From Chitinophagaceae bacterium (GTDB taxonomy: Bacteria; Bacteroidota; Bacteroidia; Chitinophagales; Chitinophagaceae): 64,000 bases of DNA. Within the stretch, counting starts at the first letter, position 1. Each line of letters starts with the position of its first letter. Positions 17,535-25,395 of this stretch are shown here, piece after piece. Position numbers and translations under genes: made by a program. The stretch lies in the NCBI GenBank assembly GCA_041486045.1, contig JBGPKR010000003.1, positions 4,295-68,294 on the forward strand. Reading direction: 5' to 3'. Below the pieces are notes generated by a model. It ran no database searches and was not told the origin of the DNA. It saw nothing but the letters and a program-made list of their open reading frames with translations.

Positions 17535-19835
17535 GTGAGACACATATTTTTTATCACATCTTTTTTTGTAACCATTGCAGGCACAGCTCAACAGCCGCTG
17601 CCACCGATCGGCCAGTGGAGAGAACATTTGCCGTATAACAGCGCCATTGATGTAACAGCAGGTGACGGTAAAGTGTATTGCGCAACACCCTATAGTTTAT
17701 TTTCAGTGAATACCCCGGATAATACGGTCGAAAGACTTAGTCGTGTGACCGGGCTTAATGAAACAGGGATAAGCGCCATAAAATATGATGAGGCAAACAG
17801 CAAACTTTTTATTGCTTACAGCAACAGCAATATTGATATTATTTACCGGAATGATATTTATAATGTACCCGATATAAAGAGGGATAATATAATCGGCGAT
17901 AAAAATATTTATGGCATTTATCCGCTGGGTAAAAATTATTACCTCTCTACCGGTCTTGGCATTATTGTTATTGATGGGGACCGTTACGAGGTAAAAGACT
18001 CCTGGTTTATCGGCAATGGCGGCAACCAGGTAAAAGTGAATGGCTTTACGAGTGATGGAACTTTTTTTTATGCTGCCACGGAAGAAGGGCTGAAAAAGGT
18101 GCTCATGAATTCTTCCAATCCTGCCAACTATGCCAACTGGCAGGTCGTAAGTGGCAGCAATGGTTTGTCAGCCGGAGCCTGCAAAAATGTGCTGAATGTT
18201 CAGAATAAAATCGTCGTACAAAAAAATGATTCATTGTTTGTACAGAATGGAACTGCCTGGACCCTGCTTTATGCAGATGCATGGCCATTTGTAAGCAGCA
18301 ATACGACAGAAAATAAAATTCATTTGTGCGAAAGGCAGCTAAATGGCATCAGCAGGGTAGTGATATTGAATGGAGATGGAACTGTTTTCCGGACACTGGC
18401 CAATGTTGGCGCTGTTTCATTTCCGCGAAAGGCTATGTTATATAAAAATGATCCCTGGGTGGCCGACCAGTTTGCCTGTTTGTCGCATTTCGGCGCTTCA
18501 TTAACGTATCAGCAATATATTCTTGATTCACCACAGGCAACAGCAAGCGGTGAGATGCTTGTTTACAATAATATATTTTATGCTACCGCCGGTTCAGTAA
18601 ACGATGCCTGGAATTACCAGTATAATGGCGATGGAATTTTTGCTTTCTCAGCAGGAAGCTGGAATAATGTCAACAGGTACCGGTATGCCCCGATTGATTC
18701 GTTGCTGGACTATCTAACCATTGCTATTGATAAAAGGGATGAAACGATCTGGGCTGGTTCGTATGGCGGTGGATTGCTGCATGTAAAACCCGGCCCGGTA
18801 TTTGAAATTTTCAAACAAAACAATTTAGGATCAACGGTGGGTGATCCCACAAGCTACCGGGTGGCCGGTTTGGCATTTGACCCCGATAATAATTTATGGA
18901 TATCCAATTTTGGTTCTTCGCAACCATTAAGGGTTCGTAAAAATGATGGCAACTGGAAAAGTTTTTCACTGCCCTATACTTTGTATGGCAATGCGCTGTC
19001 CCAGATCATCATTGATGATAACAATTACAAATGGATCGTGTCTCCGCTGGGCAATGGATTGATTTGTTATGATCATGGCATATCCGTTGATAACACCGGT
19101 GATGACAGGTGGAGAAGATATGGCCCCGGTGCGGCCAATGGAAATTTGCCCGGTGCTGAGGTGCTGTGCCTGGCAAAAGATAAAAGCGGGTTCATCTGGG
19201 TGGGAACCTCGGATGGCATCGGGGTGATTCAATGCCCCGAACAGGCATTTGGAACAGCAGCCTGTGATGCTATCTGGCCCATTGTTCCCAATGGAAATTT
19301 TGCCGGTTATTTATTTAAAGGACAGGGAGTAAACAGTATTGCAGTGGATGGAGCCGACAGGAAATGGGTGGCTACAAAGAATGGTGTATTCCTTATCAGC
19401 AGTGAGGGAGAAAAAATTATTTACCGGTTTACAGAAGATAACAGCCCTTTATTAAGCAGCGATGTAAAAAAGATAACCATTGATGGCAAAACCGGGGAGG
19501 TATATTTTGCTACGCTAAAAGGTATTTGTTCATTCCGCAGCACAGCAACTGAGGGAGGAGAAACAAATGAAGATGTGCTGGTGTTTCCCAATCCCGTGCC
19601 GCCGGATTTTACAGGCACTATTGCCATTCGTGGCCTGGTCAATAACGCCATAGTGAAGATCACAGAACTGGACGGAAGATTGGTTTACCAGACAAGGGCC
19701 CTGGGGGGGCAGGCTGTGTGGGATGGGAAAAATTACAAAGGCCAAAAAATTTCCAGCGGTGTTTATTTAGTATTGGTGAATGATGATGGTAAAAAAGAAA
19801 GAATGGCGACAAAGATCTTTTTTATCAGTAAATAA
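17535..19835 (+). CDS. porZ: T9SS component PorZ (beta-propeller protein with C-terminal sorting domain)
   Basis: IGQWREHLPY N-terminus, propeller repeats, VFPNPV...SGVYLV CTD, position upstream of recO. Confidence 0.8.
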   Translation: MRHIFFITSFFVTIAGTAQQPLPPIGQWREHLPYNSAIDVTAGDGKVYCATPYSLFSVNTPDNTVERLSRVTGLNETGISAIKYDEANSKLFIAYSNSNIDIIYRNDIYNVPDIKRDNIIGDKNIYGIYPLGKNYYLSTGLGIIVIDGDRYEVKDSWFIGNGGNQVKVNGFTSDGTFFYAATEEGLKKVLMNSSNPANYANWQVVSGSNGLSAGACKNVLNVQNKIVVQKNDSLFVQNGTAWTLLYADAWPFVSSNTTENKIHLCERQLNGISRVVILNGDGTVFRTLANVGAVSFPRKAMLYKNDPWVADQFACLSHFGASLTYQQYILDSPQATASGEMLVYNNIFYATAGSVNDAWNYQYNGDGIFAFSAGSWNNVNRYRYAPIDSLLDYLTIAIDKRDETIWAGSYGGGLLHVKPGPVFEIFKQNNLGSTVGDPTSYRVAGLAFDPDNNLWISNFGSSQPLRVRKNDGNWKSFSLPYTLYGNALSQIIIDDNNYKWIVSPLGNGLICYDHGISVDNTGDDRWRRYGPGAANGNLPGAEVLCLAKDKSGFIWVGTSDGIGVIQCPEQAFGTAACDAIWPIVPNGNFAGYLFKGQGVNSIAVDGADRKWVATKNGVFLISSEGEKIIYRFTEDNSPLLSSDVKKITIDGKTGEVYFATLKGICSFRSTATEGGETNEDVLVFPNPVPPDFTGTIAIRGLVNNAIVKITELDGRLVYQTRALGGQAVWDGKNYKGQKISSGVYLVLVNDDGKKERMATKIFFISK

Positions 19836-19840
19836 AGCCA

Positions 19841-19959
19841 GGAAGTCCGAAAGTCGGTAAGACCGGAAGTCGGAAAGACGAGTCTTCAAAACGAAATGAC
19901 TTTACAGCTATCCGGAAAAGTTCTTTCTGACTTCCGGACTTTCGGTCTTTTTCAACTTA
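19841..19959. repeat. Inverted pair of 8-bp tandem arrays
   Basis: ggaagtcc gaaagtcg gtaagacc ggaagtcg gaaagacg // tgacttcc ggactttc ggtctttt tcaactta. Confidence 0.8.
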
Positions 19960-19966
19960 ACAAAAC

Positions 19967-20713
19967 ATGCCCGATAAAGTACATAAAACAAAAGGCATTG
20001 TACTTCGTACAGTGAAATATGGAGAAACGAGCATCATCGTCACCATCTTTACAGAATTATTTGGTGTGCAATCCTATTTGGTTAATGGGGTAAGAACCTC
20101 CACCAAAAAAGGAACAGGGAAAGCAAATTTATTTCAGCCAACTGCCATTCTTGACCTGGTGGTTTATCACAATGAACTAAAAAACCTGAACCGGATCAAA
20201 GAATTTAAATGGAGCTGTATATACCAACATATTTTGTCGGATGTAAGAATGAATGCGGTTGCATTATTTATGGTAGAGTTGCTGACAAAATGTTTGAAGC
20301 AACCGGAAGGAAATTCCGATCTTTTTCATTTTGTGGAAGATGTTTTTATAAAACTGGATGAAAGCAACAGCACCGTGATGGCAAATCTTCCTTTGTTTTT
20401 TGCTTTGCACCTGCCTTTCCATTTTGGTTTCCGGATTGCGGATAATTACAGCGAAGGAGATCCTTTTCTTGATCTGCAGGAAGGAAAATTTGTTGCGGAG
20501 CAGCCCCGGCATCCGCATTTTTTGGAAGGCAAGCAGTCTGCGGTGACTTCTCAACTATTAAAAGTTATGCAGCCCGATGAACTGGAGGACATAAAACTCA
20601 ATCATGATTTCCGGCGGAACTTATTATTTGTGTATGAAACTTATTATGCCCTGCACATACCCGATTTTGGAACAATGAAGAGTTTGCCGGTGCTGAGGGA
20701 GATACTGAGTTAG
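19967..20713 (+). CDS. recO: DNA repair protein RecO
   Basis: KTKGIVLRTVKYGETSIIVTIFTELFGVQSYLVNGVR, FLDLQEGKF, MKSLPVLREIL. Confidence 0.95.
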   Translation: MPDKVHKTKGIVLRTVKYGETSIIVTIFTELFGVQSYLVNGVRTSTKKGTGKANLFQPTAILDLVVYHNELKNLNRIKEFKWSCIYQHILSDVRMNAVALFMVELLTKCLKQPEGNSDLFHFVEDVFIKLDESNSTVMANLPLFFALHLPFHFGFRIADNYSEGDPFLDLQEGKFVAEQPRHPHFLEGKQSAVTSQLLKVMQPDELEDIKLNHDFRRNLLFVYETYYALHIPDFGTMKSLPVLREILS

Positions 20714-21423
20714 ATTTTGAATGTAACTGTTAATGGAGAGTGGTCGCTTAACTCCGCCCACTTTTTATGTGTTCCAATATTTATGTCAGTAATTTTTTTT
20801 ACGAAATCTAATGAAGCAAAACAATAATCAATATGATAAGCTTTGTCCTTATGACGATACATGAAAAGAGTATTATGTTTTTCCCGCCCTTGCTGCTGGT
20901 TAAAAAATCTGTGATAAGCGCTGTAAATTTTTTTACTTTCCAGCAAAGCCACAACTGCTGAATGATTCCCTTCACGGCGTGGTTTATCCCAGATTGTATT
21001 GCTGTTAAGATCTCCCATCAGAATTGTTTTTTGACCTTCCAGTAAATCGTTGTAAAAATTTAATGCTTTCCAAACTTGGCCTATGTATTCATAACCTTTG
21101 TCATGAGGGTTATTTGCCCAGATCGCAAAAAGAGTAAAATCAGTTTTTCCACCGGTTACTGTAATTGGTAAAATATTCCGAAAATCAGATTGGTAATGAT
21201 CGTGAAGTTGGAATTTGTAATGGCTGTATGAAAATATGCCTAATCCCTTATTTGGATTCTTTCCGGACCAAAGGATATCCTTAGGTAACGGAACTCCGGA
21301 GTTGAATTTTAGTTTATCCGGATGTTCACATTCAGGAATAATAACAATATCGGGTTGTTGTGTAAGAATGAAACCGGCTTTTTTTCTGTAAGCCATATTG
21401 CAATTCCAGGAAATAATTCTCAA
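20710..21423 (-). CDS. Endonuclease/exonuclease/phosphatase (EEP, ExoIII-like) protein
   Basis: ISWNCN, PDIVIIPECE, GDLNSN, YHIDYCF, SDHSPL; TTG start. Confidence 0.9.
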   Translation of the reverse strand: MRIISWNCNMAYRKKAGFILTQQPDIVIIPECEHPDKLKFNSGVPLPKDILWSGKNPNKGLGIFSYSHYKFQLHDHYQSDFRNILPITVTGGKTDFTLFAIWANNPHDKGYEYIGQVWKALNFYNDLLEGQKTILMGDLNSNTIWDKPRREGNHSAVVALLESKKIYSAYHRFFNQQQGREKHNTLFMYRHKDKAYHIDYCFASLDFVKKITDINIGTHKKWAELSDHSPLTVTFKI

Positions 21424-21456
21424 AATAATTTAACTGTTTAAAAAAGGTTCAAAAAA

Positions 21457-22653
21457 TTATATTATCCTTTTTGACACATCAAGTATTGAATTAATTAGCA
21501 TCACTCCCGGCTTCTTTCCCTTTCCAAAACTCCCCAATTCGTCTTCCCATCCCAAACCTTTCGCCCCATTACTGGTAGCCCATTGCAGAATCATTTCAAG
21601 GGGTATATGAGGAAAATGTTTATGAATAGCTTCCATTTCCCTGGCAATACTCAGTTGCCAGTTGCTGCTATAGCTGTCGGTGCCGAGAACAATATGACAA
21701 TTATGTTTCATCAGCATATCAATCGGCGGCACTTTGTTTTCAATATAAAGATTAGCATTGATGCATAAGCAATACAGCAGTTTCAACCCGTTAGCAGTTG
21801 CATATTCGTTGGCCCAAACCAAATCTTCTTCTGGCATAAATGTGTTATGGATCAGCAGGATTGTTTGTCCATTATTAAAATAAGGTAACACAGACCGGAT
21901 GCAGCTTTTGCCTGTTACAGGAAACGGTGATTTATCAATACCGAATATCTTAAACAGTTTCAGGTAGTCGCCCCCGCCGGTTTTATACAATTCATCTTCA
22001 GCCGGGTGTTCCTGGTTGTGGATGGAGATAATTTGTTTATTGGTTAATTGGTTAATTAGTTTAAAGGTTAGAGGCGAGATACTGTAAGGTGAATGAGGAA
22101 CCAGACTTGTGCGTTGATTATTCCTGCCCGTCCGGGAGGCGGGGATTATTGATTGTTGATTATTAAAAGCTGAAACAACATTCATATAGTGTTGTATGTT
22201 TTCCTCAGCTTTTTCGTCCGTAAAACTCAGCACTTCCACAAAATTATGCCAGCGTATCCTGCTTTTACTTTTTACATCGGCTGTATCGGCAGTGTTCCCA
22301 ATATCTCCAACGGCCACGATGCCATTGTCATACATTTCTTTTTCTGCCTTTATAATTTCCTGTTGAATAATTTCCGGGTCGAAATCCCTTTTGGTTACCA
22401 CCGAACACAAAAACTCAACCAGTCCGGTATGTGGCGGGATCACATTTTTCAAATGACTTAATTCAAGGTGACAATGGCAATTGATCAGACCCGGAGTAAG
22501 GATGCCATCAAATGACTGTACATCATCGCCGGCGTCACTAACTGAAATAATATCTTCAATTACTCCTTCTTCACCAGTCACCAATACTTTATCATCTTCC
22601 AGGAAACGATACCCGTCAAATAGTTTATCTGCTTTGAATTTCTCAAAACCCAT
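21457..22653 (-). CDS. Metal-dependent amidohydrolase
   Basis: [13 protein letters not shown] (HxH), [32 protein letters not shown]. Confidence 0.92.
   Translation of the reverse strand: MGFEKFKADKLFDGYRFLEDDKVLVTGEEGVIEDIISVSDAGDDVQSFDGILTPGLINCHCHLELSHLKNVIPPHTGLVEFLCSVVTKRDFDPEIIQQEIIKAEKEMYDNGIVAVGDIGNTADTADVKSKSRIRWHNFVEVLSFTDEKAEENIQHYMNVVSAFNNQQSIIPASRTGRNNQRTSLVPHSPYSISPLTFKLINQLTNKQIISIHNQEHPAEDELYKTGGGDYLKLFKIFGIDKSPFPVTGKSCIRSVLPYFNNGQTILLIHNTFMPEEDLVWANEYATANGLKLLYCLCINANLYIENKVPPIDMLMKHNCHIVLGTDSYSSNWQLSIAREMEAIHKHFPHIPLEMILQWATSNGAKGLGWEDELGSFGKGKKPGVMLINSILDVSKRII
22116..22164. repeat. 7-bp array plus CCTGCCCG element, in frame in the amidohydrolase
   Basis: gattatt [cctgcccgtccgggaggcggg] gattatt gattgtt gattatt; encodes [16 protein letters not shown]. 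Confidence 0.75.
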
Positions 22654-22700
22654 GCAGGCAAATTACAAATTTCATCCCGCCAATAGCGGGACCAAATCAT

Positions 22701-22708
22701 TAAATTTG
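22701..22708 (+). promoter_or_regulatory. -7 promoter element for prfA (TAAATTTG)
   Basis: TAnnTTTG; TAAATTTGCG is identical to the 10-mer at 24112. Confidence 0.6.
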
Positions 22709-22754
22709 CGACCTTATTGGGATTTGTAATTTATTATTTGCGATTTATCACATT

Positions 22755-23819
22755 ATGCTGGATCGTTTAGAAGCCATAAAAGCAAGATTTGACCAGTTGG
22801 GAGTGGCCCTTACCAACCCTGCCGTTGTAGGCAACAATAAAAAATTTGCTGAAACCAGCAAGGAATACCGGAGTCTTGAGAAAATTGTAATTGCGTATAA
22901 TGATTATAAGAAGCTGCTGGATGATATCAGTTTTTACAAAGAAGCGCTGAACGGTGATGATGAAGAAATGAGGGAACTGGCCAAAATGGAAGCGCCTGCA
23001 TTGGAAGAAAGGAAAACCCAAATGGAGGCATATATCAGGCAGTTGCTGATACCGAAAGATCCGCAGGATGAAAAGAATGCTATTCTTGAAATCCGGGCAG
23101 GTACAGGGGGTGATGAAGCCAGTTTATTTGCCGGTGATTTGCTGAGAATGTATATGAAATATTGTGAAAAAAGAGGATGGAAAACTGCATTGCTGAGCGA
23201 GAATGAAGGAAGTGTTGGTGGCTATAAGGAAGTGCAATTAGAGGTTACAGGCGAGGATGTGTACGGCACTTTAAAATTTGAAAGCGGTGTGCACAGGGTA
23301 CAGCGGGTCCCGGACACGGAGGCATCGGGAAGGGTGCATACATCTGCGGCCACCGTTGCGGTGATGCCGGAAGCAGAAGAGGTGGATTTTGAATTAAATC
23401 CTGCGGATGTAAAAATGGAAACAGCCCGGAGTGGCGGCGCCGGTGGTCAGAATGTAAATAAAGTGGAAACCAAAGTATTGCTGACACATATACCTACCGG
23501 AACCGTGGTCGTTTGCCAAACCGAAAGGTCACAATTGGGCAACCGGGAAAAAGCCATGCAGATGCTTCGCACCAGGCTATATGAAGAACAGGTAAGGAAA
23601 CAGGAGGAAGAAATTTCCCGTCACCGGAAAAGCCTGGTAAGTACCGGCGACCGCAGCGCCAAAATAAGAACGTATAATTTTCCACAGGGAAGGGTTACGG
23701 ATCACCGCATTGGTCTTACACTTTACAACCTGGATGACATATTGAATGGGAATATCCAGGAATTGATCGAATCCTTACAATTTGCTGAAAATTCTGAAAA
23801 GCTTGCCAAGCAGAATTAA
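22755..23819 (+). CDS. prfA: Peptide chain release factor 1
   Basis: [26 protein letters not shown] (PxT), [11 protein letters not shown] (GGQ), [15 protein letters not shown]. Confidence 0.97.
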   Translation: MLDRLEAIKARFDQLGVALTNPAVVGNNKKFAETSKEYRSLEKIVIAYNDYKKLLDDISFYKEALNGDDEEMRELAKMEAPALEERKTQMEAYIRQLLIPKDPQDEKNAILEIRAGTGGDEASLFAGDLLRMYMKYCEKRGWKTALLSENEGSVGGYKEVQLEVTGEDVYGTLKFESGVHRVQRVPDTEASGRVHTSAATVAVMPEAEEVDFELNPADVKMETARSGGAGGQNVNKVETKVLLTHIPTGTVVVCQTERSQLGNREKAMQMLRTRLYEEQVRKQEEEISRHRKSLVSTGDRSAKIRTYNFPQGRVTDHRIGLTLYNLDDILNGNIQELIESLQFAENSEKLAKQN

Positions 23820-23880
23820 GACAGGAGTTTAGCCTGAAAAAATAGCCTTAATCCCTCTTTTTGGCATGATTTTTTAAAGG

Positions 23881-23951
23881 TGTTATATGAACCTGTTTTC
23901 TACTATAAATAGAAAAGTTCTTTGTCAGATACATGTCAGGTTTATATAACA
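23881..23951 (+). other. Long intergenic RNA hairpin of unknown function
   Basis: 15-bp stem tgttatatgaacctg/caggtttatataaca enclosing a second hairpin ttttcta-ctataaa-tagaaaa. Confidence 0.5.
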
Positions 23952-24111
23952 GACACGTAAGGAAAGTAAGATTTGGGTATGGAATACTCTGAATTATAGC
24001 ATCGTAGAGTTACAAAACAGCTACTGAGCTTTTACGAAGAGAAGATTAAGTGGAATTACTAAAGTTGAGCTTTTAAACTTTCATTAACAGCAAACATCAT
24101 ACTTCCGGCAG

Positions 24112-24119
24112 TAAATTTG
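24112..24119 (+). promoter_or_regulatory. -7 promoter element (TAAATTTG) with no downstream ORF
   Basis: TAnnTTTG match; no clear -33 TTTG seen. Confidence 0.6.
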
Positions 24120-24124
24120 CGTTA

Positions 24125-24227
24125 TACTTACAGAAAAATAATTTGAACTCATTATAAAGACAGTCAATTTTCTCATAAGCAGTTAGTTTTGGTTGCGACC
24201 CCTGTTTCTACAGGGGTCTATTTTTTT
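24125..24227 (+). ncRNA. Candidate trans-acting small RNA antisense to susC-type translation-initiation regions (5' end approximate)
   Basis: Promoter at 24112, terminator at 24197-24227, no ATG on + strand; 24165-24191 matches 14798-14824 at 24/27 nt, so it is complementary to susC mRNA across the AUG. Confidence 0.65.
24197..24227 (+). terminator. Intrinsic terminator
   Basis: 9-bp stem gacccctgt-ttct-acaggggtc then tattttttt; U-tract on + strand only. Confidence 0.85.
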
Positions 24228-24601
24228 ATATACCTCTTAGTACTAAAATAAACACCCAGGGCACAACCCAGCGCATCGGCAATAATATCCCCCACATCAA
24301 AAGAGCGGTTTTTAATTAAGTATTTCTGAACGAACTCCATTCCGATGCCATAAGCAAGGCCCATGAGGCCAACCCATATAAACAAGGTTCTTAACCTTGT
24401 GTCAACAGTATATTTTTTCAGTATTGCCCAACAGAACAATGTTACCATGATGGCAAACATGCCGATATGCACCCATTTGTCTAACCAGATTTTATCCAGC
24501 CAGTCTTCTTTTGGAAATGATGAACCCGGTAATGTCAATAATATTGTTGAAATGATAAACCAGGCAATGGCGGGAGTAAAAGAAGGTTTTATTGTTTTCA
24601 A
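24218..24601 (-). CDS. VanZ-family membrane protein
   Basis: DKWVHIGMF, GIGMEFVQ, RSFDVGDIIADALG. Confidence 0.92.
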   Translation of the reverse strand: MKTIKPSFTPAIAWFIISTILLTLPGSSFPKEDWLDKIWLDKWVHIGMFAIMVTLFCWAILKKYTVDTRLRTLFIWVGLMGLAYGIGMEFVQKYLIKNRSFDVGDIIADALGCALGVYFSTKRYIKK

Positions 24602-24800
24602 TGATATTGTTTCTGCAATATTAAGGCAGGCGCAGCAAACTAAAGTATCAGAAATAAATACCCGGGATTGGATATGCTTCTTTGAAAAAGCTACCCGTTC
24701 CCTTCGAGGGATAGATCTTTGATTTCAAATGGTTGATTAAAATCCAATGATAATATAATTATTACATCGGCTGCAATACCAACGGAATGTAAAAACAGGG

Positions 24801-25178
24801 TTAAGCTATCATGGCTTCATAAGCGGCAGCATCCATCAGCACTTCTATAGCAGCGGGATCATTTACCGTCATTTTCACCATCCAGCCTGAGCCATAGGGA
24901 TCGTTATTGACAGATTCAGGCGAGTTGGCAAGGGCAGTGTTTAGTTCAGTAACAGTTCCTGCTACCGGCAAAAAAAGATCGGAAACAGTTTTTACTGCTT
25001 CTACGGTTCCAAATACAGCGCCGGCTTCCAGTTCTTTGCCAATTGTTTCTACTTCTACATATACAATATCACCCAGTTCCCGCTGGGCAAAATCGGTGAT
25101 CCCGATAGTGGCCACATTGCCATCCAGGCTTATCCATTCATGGTCTTTTGTGTAACGCAGATTGGCAGGAAAATTCAT
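24801..25178 (-). CDS. gcvH: Glycine cleavage system H protein
   Basis: YTKDHEWI, GITDFAQRELGDIVYVE, VEAVKTVSD lipoyl lysine, NNDPYGSGWM. Confidence 0.97.
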   Translation of the reverse strand: MNFPANLRYTKDHEWISLDGNVATIGITDFAQRELGDIVYVEVETIGKELEAGAVFGTVEAVKTVSDLFLPVAGTVTELNTALANSPESVNNDPYGSGWMVKMTVNDPAAIEVLMDAAAYEAMIA

Positions 25179-25197
25179 ATTTATTGATTTTGAGTTG

Positions 25198-25205
25198 CAA
25201 ACCTA
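25198..25205 (-). promoter_or_regulatory. -7 promoter element for gcvH (TAGGTTTG)
   Basis: TAnnTTTG 20 nt upstream of ATG. Confidence 0.6.
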
Positions 25206-25359
25206 AGGGAAAATGCTGGAAATACATTTGAAGACATAATGTTCTGGTTTTAGCTAATTAACGATTTTGTTTTTGCATTTCGCCGGAATTTTAGTGCCGT
25301 TCATGGCATCTTTTACACCATTGGTCGGGAATCACTTTTACAATTGTATGACATAGGGC

Positions 25360-25367
25360 TATTTTTG
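25360..25367 (+). promoter_or_regulatory. -7 promoter element (TATTTTTG)
   Basis: TAnnTTTG 28 nt upstream of ATG 25396. Confidence 0.55.
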
Positions 25368-25395
25368 TGCACCTTATCTAAAAAAAGGATATATC

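Noticed and set aside
23979-24062. MEYSEL-TAG-HRRVTKQLLSFYEEKIKWNY downstream of prfA, as a possible RF1/UAG read-through sensor
   Set aside because: A 27-codon frame with one stop is expected by chance in AT-rich DNA; no homology or initiation evidence.
24084-24176. - strand 30-aa ORF MRKLTVFIMSSNYFSVSITQIYCRKYDVCC with a susC-like initiation region
   Set aside because: This is the main alternative to the sRNA. It is disfavoured because the -7 box and terminator U-tract both face the + strand, the ORF runs backwards through that promoter, and similarity to susC stops after 4 codons. Not fully excluded without stranded RNA or Ribo-seq data.
23860-24227. 6S RNA, tmRNA, RNase P, SRP or tRNA in the prfA-vanZ gap
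   Set aside because: None of the diagnostic terminal or conserved motifs are visible and the context does not fit.
24621-24640. Possible degenerate cttcgacaggctcag-type repeat upstream of vanZ
   Set aside because: Match too weak to distinguish from chance.
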